Positions 57,912-64,000 of a stretch of 64,000 nt of DNA are shown here, one piece after another. Position 1 is the first letter of the stretch. Every line of letters starts with the position of its first letter. This DNA is from Candidatus Methanomethylophilaceae archaeon (GTDB lineage: Archaea > Thermoplasmatota > Thermoplasmata > Methanomassiliicoccales > Methanomethylophilaceae). The notes under the pieces were generated by a model. It worked only from the letters and a program-made list of their open reading frames with translations. It searched no databases and was not told the origin of the DNA. A program made the position numbers and the translations under genes. The stretch spans positions 160,001-224,000 of the forward strand of contig CALUHR010000005.1 in assembly GCA_944320495.1 (NCBI GenBank). The letters are read 5' to 3'.

Positions 57912-60900
57912 ATGGTTACTAACTATGCGAACAAAAACACCAGCAAACTGCTGGTTGCGGTCCTCGCGATGCTCATGATCGTCGCGGGAGCCGCAGTCGT
58001 CCTCGGTGACACCGTCTCGGCAGCTGATCCCGAGACGGATGACACATCCGTCGCGAATGTGTCCACCGCGGAGGAGCTGGCCACCGCCCTCTCCAGTGAG
58101 GACGTCACCACCATCAATCTGACCAAAGACATCGACCTTAGACAGATTGATGACAAGAATGGATATGTCATCGGCAAAGCCGTCACCATCAACGGAGACA
58201 ACCACACCATCTCTGGAAATCTCTACAACGATCCTTCCGCCAAGCTGATCGTCGTCCAGAACGTCAACACCAATAATGCCAAGGTCGTCTTCAACGACGT
58301 CAAGCTCGCCGGTGCCCTCAACGTCTACAAGTCCAATGTTGACCTGAACAATGTCGCCATTACCGTCAACGGTCTCTCCGGACTCATCGTCGGGGACACC
58401 GCCATCGTCAAAGCCGAGAACCTCTCCATCACCGGCAACTACGGTGTCTGGGGCGGATTCGTCAACGTCGACAAGGGCGGAGACTTCACCGTCGACACCA
58501 TCTCCGGAGTCGGTTCCATCTACTCCGAGACCCTCGGAACCTCTGCGATCACCGTCGAGGACGCCCCCGTCTACGTCCAGGGCACCGGAACCTGGGCCGG
58601 ATACTATGCCGACATCGACGACGCCCTCAAGGCCGTGAAGGGAACCTCTTCCACTGAGGCCACCGTCACCGTCAACGGATCCACCACCCTCGACGGAGAC
58701 TACACGGGAGTCAATAAATTCACCACCCTCAACATCACCGTCACCGAGAACGGTAACCTGAGGAACAACGGAAAAATCGCCTTCACCGACTTCACCGTCG
58801 ACGGAAGGTTCACCAACAACTCCGACGGAGTCGTCGACGGTGCCAACGCCATCGACGGAACCGGAAAGATCGTCAACGACGGTACCATGAACGCCGCCGT
58901 TCTCGTCGAGAACTACACCAATAACAACACCTCCGAAATCAAGCTGTCCGGAGACAGCACCGGAACCAACTGGTACCCCGCCAAGCAGACCATCACCGTC
59001 CCCGCCGGCGAGACCTGGACCATCATCAAGGACAACATCATCGTCATCCCCGGGACCCTGAACGTCCTCGGAAACCTCGTCGTCGAGGAGGGCGGAGTTC
59101 TCGTCATCGGAGCCGCCCAGTGCACCGGAGACAACACCAGGGTCGGAGCCGGAACCGCCAACGTCGAGGGAACCCTGACCGTCGAGGAGGGCGCAGTCCT
59201 CTCCGTCGCCATGGGACAGCTCAACATCGAGGGGACCGCCAACATCGACGGTACCGTCAAGGTCGGATACGGATTCGATACCATCGCCAACATGAGCGAT
59301 GACCCCACCGTCGAGAACGCCAACGCCAAGATTAACGTCAACAGCAACACCACCCTGTCCGAGACCTCTGAGATTAGCCAGGTCGACGGAACCAAGGTCG
59401 TCGTCGCCCAGGACGTCACCATGACCCTTGAGGGAGTCTTCGCCACCGCCGTCACCTTCGACAACAGCGGCGCCGTCATCATCGACTCCCAGCCCACCGA
59501 CGCCAGCAAGAACAACGCGCCCGTGGCCTGCGGTGTCGCCATCAACGTCAACATGATGGCCGACGGAGCCTCCGTCGAGATCCAGAACCTCGCCGTCAAC
59601 AAGGACGGAAAGGTCATCGTAGACGATGCCAACCTCGTCGTCAACAACAGGACCGGCGTCACCATCGGAGACTACAAGGCCGATGCATCCGACTCCAAGG
59701 TTTACAACAACAGGATGAAATTCGATTCCAACGGAACCGACGCTGTCATCTCCGGACTGACCATCGTCGAGAACTACGACGGGCTCAAGGCCGTCGCCGG
59801 CGACGCAACCAAGAAGGTCCCCCAGAACACCATGGACCTCTCCGGCAGCATCTCCGTCAGCGATCTCAACAGGGATCAGGATGCCGATGGAAAGGTCCGC
59901 ATCTATCTGAACAACGGAAACTTCACTATCACTGATGCCGGAGACGCCACCGCTCTCGCCATCGGTGCCGGAGCGACCCTCGCCGTCATGAACCAGGCCG
60001 AGCTGACCGTCTCCGGATACGTTCCCGTCAGCGCCGACAGCACCGCTCCTGGCGACATCACCAACGCCGGAGAGATCACCCTCGCCGGAAACGGACACAT
60101 CTACATCAAGGACTCCAACGACAAGATCACCACCGACAACGTCAACGCCTCGATGTACGAGACCCTCGTCAACGCCGACAGGTACAACAACTACGTCACC
60201 GTCGACGCCGCCATCGCCGCAGCCAACGCGGACAGCACCATCGACGAGATCACCCTCTACGGGGAGAACACCGTCACCGCCTCCGCCACCGTGCCCGCCA
60301 TCGACTTCAGCTTCGACAAGGCCGTGCTCTACATCGGAAGCGAGGACGACAGGACCGTCACCCTGACCATCGCCGCCGGAGCCAACTACAACGGAACCGT
60401 CGGATCCGCCGACGGAGTCGATGCCGGAAAGGCCACCGTCGTCTACGGTACCCTGTACTTCACCGACAAGACCGACCGCGCCATGTCCGAGGACACCATC
60501 GACGCCGACGTCAGGTCCTACCAGGTCGACGCCGAGGGCAAGGATGTCAAGAACGGCTGGGCCAGGTACACCAACGTCTACACCGCCATGGACGCCGCCG
60601 TCGCCGGCGACGTCATCGAGGTCTTCGACGGAGCCAAGGTCGAGCTCGACAGGGACTTCACCGTCAAGGAGGGAGTCACCCTCATCGTCCCCGAGAACGG
60701 ACAGATCAAGGTCATGAACGGCGTCACCCTGACCGTCGCCGGAACCCTCCAGTCCGAGAACCCCACCGCGGGAATCGTCGCCGAGAACGAGTTCGCCGAC
60801 ATTGCCGAGAACAACACCGCCACCGCGGACGGAAAGAAGACCTCCGCCATCGTGGTCACCGGCACCCTGAAGGTCATGGAGGACAGGGCATACAAGGCCG

Positions 60901-62483
60901 CCACTGTCACCGAAGCCAACAAGGGAACCCTCCAGAACTCCTGGATCGACGGAGCCTACTACACCGACGGAGAGTACAACTACGTCTCCCCGATTGCCGT
61001 CGCCGTCTCCGCGACCGTCCTGCCCACCATCGAGAACGACATCACCGTCTACGGAACCGTCGCCGAGGGTGACATCGCGTTCGCCCCCAACGACAACGAC
61101 TGCAACCAGATCATCATCGCCGACGGAGCCAAGGTCACCCTGAGCTCCCTGACCCTGAGCGACAGGGCCATCCTCGACGTCTCCTTCACCAGCGAGACCG
61201 TCTACGGACTCTTCACCGGAACCGTCACCGTCGGAGACGCCAGCATCCAGGCCGTCAACGTCAGGGACCTGACCGTCAACTCCGCCAGCGGACTGACCGT
61301 CACCGATGCCGATGTCAAATACGACGACAAGAAGGCCGAGACCAAGGTCGACGCCTCCCTCTCCGCCACCGCCGGAACCGTCATCGTCGCCAACGTCGAC
61401 GGAGACATGACCGTCGCCGAGGGCGCCACCCTGACCGTCGCGACCCCTGCCTCCGCCAACCAGACCACCGACGGAACCGTCACCGGCAAGCTTACCGTCA
61501 ACGGAACCGTCACCCTGGCCAGCGGACAGAACCTCCTCGTCAACGGAACCCTGTTCGTCAACGGAACCGTCGACGTCGCAGCCGCCACTGACACCGCCGT
61601 CGCCGGCAGCCTGAACGTCGACAACAACGCTGTTACTACCGACGGCTACAACGGAATCGTCTATGTCGGACTCAGCGATAAGTTCAAGACCACCGGAACC
61701 GGAGCCGTCAACGGACTCGTCGGATGCGCCACCATCTACGCCGTCGCCGGAGCCACCGTCTCCGACGCCACCATCGGTGTCGGAACCGCCAACGAGAAGG
61801 ACTCCACCGAGTACTACATCGAGGACACTCTCTGGATGACCGCCTACGGTGCCGGCAACATCGTCGCCGACAACATGGAGAACGCCCCCGTCGAGAACGC
61901 GTACTTCAACAACGTCTGGCAGAACGAGGCCGGCGATGCCACCTACGACAACGTCGAGTCCACAGTGAGCGCTACCAACCCCGCCATCGGATCCGTCGAT
62001 GCCGTCTACGCCGTCATCGAGTACGACATCTACGTCATCAACCTCAGGGCCGACCAGAACGCCATCTCCAGCATCAGCATCGATGGCAACATCATGCAGT
62101 TCGGAATGATCCAGGATACCACTGCTGGATCCACTGGCTACTACTACGGCTACACCGCCGTCGTCGCCGCCGGCAGCCACACCATCAGCTACCAGCTGGC
62201 CAACGGATACTCCGGCAACGGAGTCCTGACCGTCAACGGAACCCAGATGTCCGATCTGACCTTCACCACCGAGGGTAACCCCGCCGATGGAAAGCAGACC
62301 GTCACCTACAACCTCCAGCTCACCGGCTTCGAGAAGTCCGGCTACGTGCCCGACTCCCCCGACACCGGCGACTCCGGATCCTCCGACTCCGGAATGACGA
62401 TCACCGACTACCTGCTGATCGTCCTCGTCGTCCTCATCATCGTCATGGCCATCATCGTCGCCATGCGCCTGATGAGGAGCTGA
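57912..62483 (+). CDS. Major surface protein, paralog 5 (mosaic)
   Basis: MVTNYANKN aligns to MISSNMNKN; N-terminus resembles paralog 1, body resembles paralogs 2/4. Confidence 0.9.
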   Translation: MVTNYANKNTSKLLVAVLAMLMIVAGAAVVLGDTVSAADPETDDTSVANVSTAEELATALSSEDVTTINLTKDIDLRQIDDKNGYVIGKAVTINGDNHTISGNLYNDPSAKLIVVQNVNTNNAKVVFNDVKLAGALNVYKSNVDLNNVAITVNGLSGLIVGDTAIVKAENLSITGNYGVWGGFVNVDKGGDFTVDTISGVGSIYSETLGTSAITVEDAPVYVQGTGTWAGYYADIDDALKAVKGTSSTEATVTVNGSTTLDGDYTGVNKFTTLNITVTENGNLRNNGKIAFTDFTVDGRFTNNSDGVVDGANAIDGTGKIVNDGTMNAAVLVENYTNNNTSEIKLSGDSTGTNWYPAKQTITVPAGETWTIIKDNIIVIPGTLNVLGNLVVEEGGVLVIGAAQCTGDNTRVGAGTANVEGTLTVEEGAVLSVAMGQLNIEGTANIDGTVKVGYGFDTIANMSDDPTVENANAKINVNSNTTLSETSEISQVDGTKVVVAQDVTMTLEGVFATAVTFDNSGAVIIDSQPTDASKNNAPVACGVAINVNMMADGASVEIQNLAVNKDGKVIVDDANLVVNNRTGVTIGDYKADASDSKVYNNRMKFDSNGTDAVISGLTIVENYDGLKAVAGDATKKVPQNTMDLSGSISVSDLNRDQDADGKVRIYLNNGNFTITDAGDATALAIGAGATLAVMNQAELTVSGYVPVSADSTAPGDITNAGEITLAGNGHIYIKDSNDKITTDNVNASMYETLVNADRYNNYVTVDAAIAAANADSTIDEITLYGENTVTASATVPAIDFSFDKAVLYIGSEDDRTVTLTIAAGANYNGTVGSADGVDAGKATVVYGTLYFTDKTDRAMSEDTIDADVRSYQVDAEGKDVKNGWARYTNVYTAMDAAVAGDVIEVFDGAKVELDRDFTVKEGVTLIVPENGQIKVMNGVTLTVAGTLQSENPTAGIVAENEFADIAENNTATADGKKTSAIVVTGTLKVMEDRAYKAATVTEANKGTLQNSWIDGAYYTDGEYNYVSPIAVAVSATVLPTIENDITVYGTVAEGDIAFAPNDNDCNQIIIADGAKVTLSSLTLSDRAILDVSFTSETVYGLFTGTVTVGDASIQAVNVRDLTVNSASGLTVTDADVKYDDKKAETKVDASLSATAGTVIVANVDGDMTVAEGATLTVATPASANQTTDGTVTGKLTVNGTVTLASGQNLLVNGTLFVNGTVDVAAATDTAVAGSLNVDNNAVTTDGYNGIVYVGLSDKFKTTGTGAVNGLVGCATIYAVAGATVSDATIGVGTANEKDSTEYYIEDTLWMTAYGAGNIVADNMENAPVENAYFNNVWQNEAGDATYDNVESTVSATNPAIGSVDAVYAVIEYDIYVINLRADQNAISSISIDGNIMQFGMIQDTTAGSTGYYYGYTAVVAAGSHTISYQLANGYSGNGVLTVNGTQMSDLTFTTEGNPADGKQTVTYNLQLTGFEKSGYVPDSPDTGDSGSSDSGMTITDYLLIVLVVLIIVMAIIVAMRLMRS

Positions 62484-62585
62484 TTGCGAACCATCCCACG
62501 AACCTGAACAGCAAACCCCGAGGGTCCGCGAGGACCCTCCCAAGGGATGGGAAACCCGGTAACCTGAACAGCAAACCCCGCGGTG
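62484..62585 (+). repeat. Half-copy of the structured 3' element
   Basis: AACCTGAACAGCAAACCCCG at 62501 and 62561; GAGGGTCC gcga GGACCCTC hairpin. Confidence 0.8.
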
Positions 62586-62785
62586 AGAACCGCCCGCCCC
62601 GTCCGGACGCGAGAGGCGTCCGGCCGGGGCATCCTTCTGTTTGATTGTCATTGCCCGCCGCCGAAGGCGGCGGATCGGAGTGGTTGGCGGGGGACACCCG
62701 CACCCCGCCCGGCCATACGGCCGCGGGGTGCGGAGACAGGTCCGCTCCGCGGACCTTGATATTCCCCCGATCCGTTCCATCACCG

Positions 62786-63412
62786 ATGTCCCCTCCCTAC
62801 GACGCCACCGACATCGCACGCTTCATCGTCCAGAGTTCCAGAGGGATGGGCAACCCCGTGACGAACGCCAAGCTCCAGAAGCTGCTCTACTACGCATGGG
62901 TCGGATACTACGGGAGGACGCACACATACCTCTTCTCCGACGAAATCTGCGCCTGGAGGTTCGGCCCCGTCATCCCGTCCGTCCACCGCGAGTACAGGAT
63001 CTGGGCCGGCGTCCCGATCCTCCTCGCCGAGCCGCCGTCGGAGATCGACGGCGACACCAAGCGGTTCCTCCTCGATTTCATCCGGGACAACAGCGACTTC
63101 ACCGCCAGCCGTCTCGTCAACCTCCCGAACCGGGAGGACTTCCCCTGGGGGTCCGTCTATGACGGAAATCGGAAGTTCACCCCGATCCCCTTCGAGAGGA
63201 TCGCCGCCATCGAGCGTCTCGGGGATTCGGCCCGATTCATAAACGCTTCCCGACCCATTCGCCCGTCGGCTTCGCGGCAGGCTTCATCACGGAACCGCAC
63301 GCGGTTCCGTGTTCAGCGTCCCCCCGTTCATCATCAGATATGTCATCGCCCCGCTGGCCCTCAGCGGTTTCGGGATCGCGTTCGGGATCCTCTCCGCCGT
63401 CGGGTACGATGA
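62786..63412 (+). CDS. Panacea/SocA (DUF4065, GepA-like) antitoxin-domain protein
   Basis: TNAKLQKLLYY...LFSDEICAWRFGPVIPSV; sequence beyond about 63230 may be a read-through extension. Confidence 0.8.
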   Translation: MSPPYDATDIARFIVQSSRGMGNPVTNAKLQKLLYYAWVGYYGRTHTYLFSDEICAWRFGPVIPSVHREYRIWAGVPILLAEPPSEIDGDTKRFLLDFIRDNSDFTASRLVNLPNREDFPWGSVYDGNRKFTPIPFERIAAIERLGDSARFINASRPIRPSASRQASSRNRTRFRVQRPPVHHQICHRPAGPQRFRDRVRDPLRRRVR

Positions 63413-63755
63413 CCCCTTTCCCGTCGCCGTTGCCACCATCATGCTCGGCGCATACGTCTGGACGGTCCTCGTCTTCCGCATGACGGGTCTCCGCTACCTC
63501 ACCGTGGACCGGACGCACCCCTTCGGCCCCGATGCCCCCGCGTCCGCCCTCGAGCGCCCCTTCTGGGGACTCGCCCGCCGTTGGTCCGTCATCATGGAGT
63601 GCGGCCTCGGGGGTTGGATGGTCAGATTCCACGGATGGCTGTGCAGGGGCTCCCTGCTGTTTCTGGCATTCGGGTGCTGCGCGGTGGGACTCCTCGCCCA
63701 GATCATGGGATTCCCGGGATTGACGATATTCTTCCTGTCGAGCGTCCCCTGCTAG
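63309..63755 (+). CDS. Hypothetical membrane protein
   Basis: Three or four hydrophobic segments; overlaps the doubtful tail of the previous ORF. Confidence 0.45.
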   Translation: MFSVPPFIIRYVIAPLALSGFGIAFGILSAVGYDDPFPVAVATIMLGAYVWTVLVFRMTGLRYLTVDRTHPFGPDAPASALERPFWGLARRWSVIMECGLGGWMVRFHGWLCRGSLLFLAFGCCAVGLLAQIMGFPGLTIFFLSSVPC

Positions 63756-64000
63756 CTGGGTTACATCGCCATCTCCGACGACCGGGCTGAAAGGCGGGAC
63801 GATTCTGCCACCTCTCGAACTCGGGATCGACGATTATGTCCCCGTTCTCGTCCCGTTTCGGCTGATAGGTCCCCCGATTCTCGAACCATTGCAGGACGAA
63901 CGCCATCGGATAGGTCAGAACGACTATACCGAATAACGCCAGAGGGACCATCCAGAGGTTCGGCGCGACATACGCGTCCACGAACGCCCCGACTTCGCCG
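63703..64000 (-). CDS. Hypothetical membrane protein (5' partial)
   Basis: Frame is open to the window edge; TM segment LWMVPLALFGIVVLTYPMAFVL. Confidence 0.45.
   Translation of the reverse strand, partial: GEVGAFVDAYVAPNLWMVPLALFGIVVLTYPMAFVLQWFENRGTYQPKRDENGDIIVDPEFERWQNRPAFQPGRRRWRCNPASRGRSTGRISSIPGIP

Noticed and set aside
33229-62819. Very long antisense ORFs (e.g. 33229-38427, 38638-43971, 47802-52229, 52475-57589, 57666-62819, 12661-14961, 19297-21114)
   Set aside because: Shadows of the NNC-biased sense genes; translations are low-complexity G/D/V with no signal, SD or motifs.
1-64000. Site-specific recombinase, reverse transcriptase, pyl genes, tRNA or rRNA
   Set aside because: Looked for and not seen, so the inversion, DGR and pyrrolysine hypotheses depend on loci outside this window.

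Overview
64-kb GC-rich accessory region of an archaeon, most likely a host-associated Methanomassiliicoccales (Methanomethylophilaceae-like). This is inferred from the adhesin architecture, archaeal TATA/leaderless starts and near-total avoidance of TAG as a stop. No rRNA, tRNA, CRISPR, integrase or transposase was seen. Layout: (1-8 kb) defence/MGE-like cluster with an EcoRI-family methylase, DUF262-HNH nuclease, MNT-HEPN TA pair, HEXXH peptidase, solo MNT, degenerate ATPase and a 31-aa zinc-finger ORF. (8-16.3 kb) three adhesin cassettes sharing a poly-G leader, a C-terminal sorting motif and a 3' double hairpin. (19.4-32.2 kb) operon of nine surface proteins, most with InlB-B-repeat/PKD stalks. 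(33.4-62.5 kb) five 1.5-1.7-kaa paralogous major surface proteins in alternating orientation. Strongest candidate new system: four tandem adhesin genes each carry a pure G11-12 tract exactly between the PKD domain and the C-terminal membrane anchor. In all four the three frames give three outcomes: anchored protein, immediate TGA, or an anchor-less hydrophilic tail whose stop overlaps the next gene's start. Other leads: poly-G-tuned Shine-Dalgarno-sequestering leaders, a possible inversion/gene-conversion surface-variation locus, a ten-copy structured 3'-UTR motif, and a DUF4238 gene with two in-frame amber codons. Domain names come from motif recognition only; no database search was run. Homopolymer lengths may include sequencing error.
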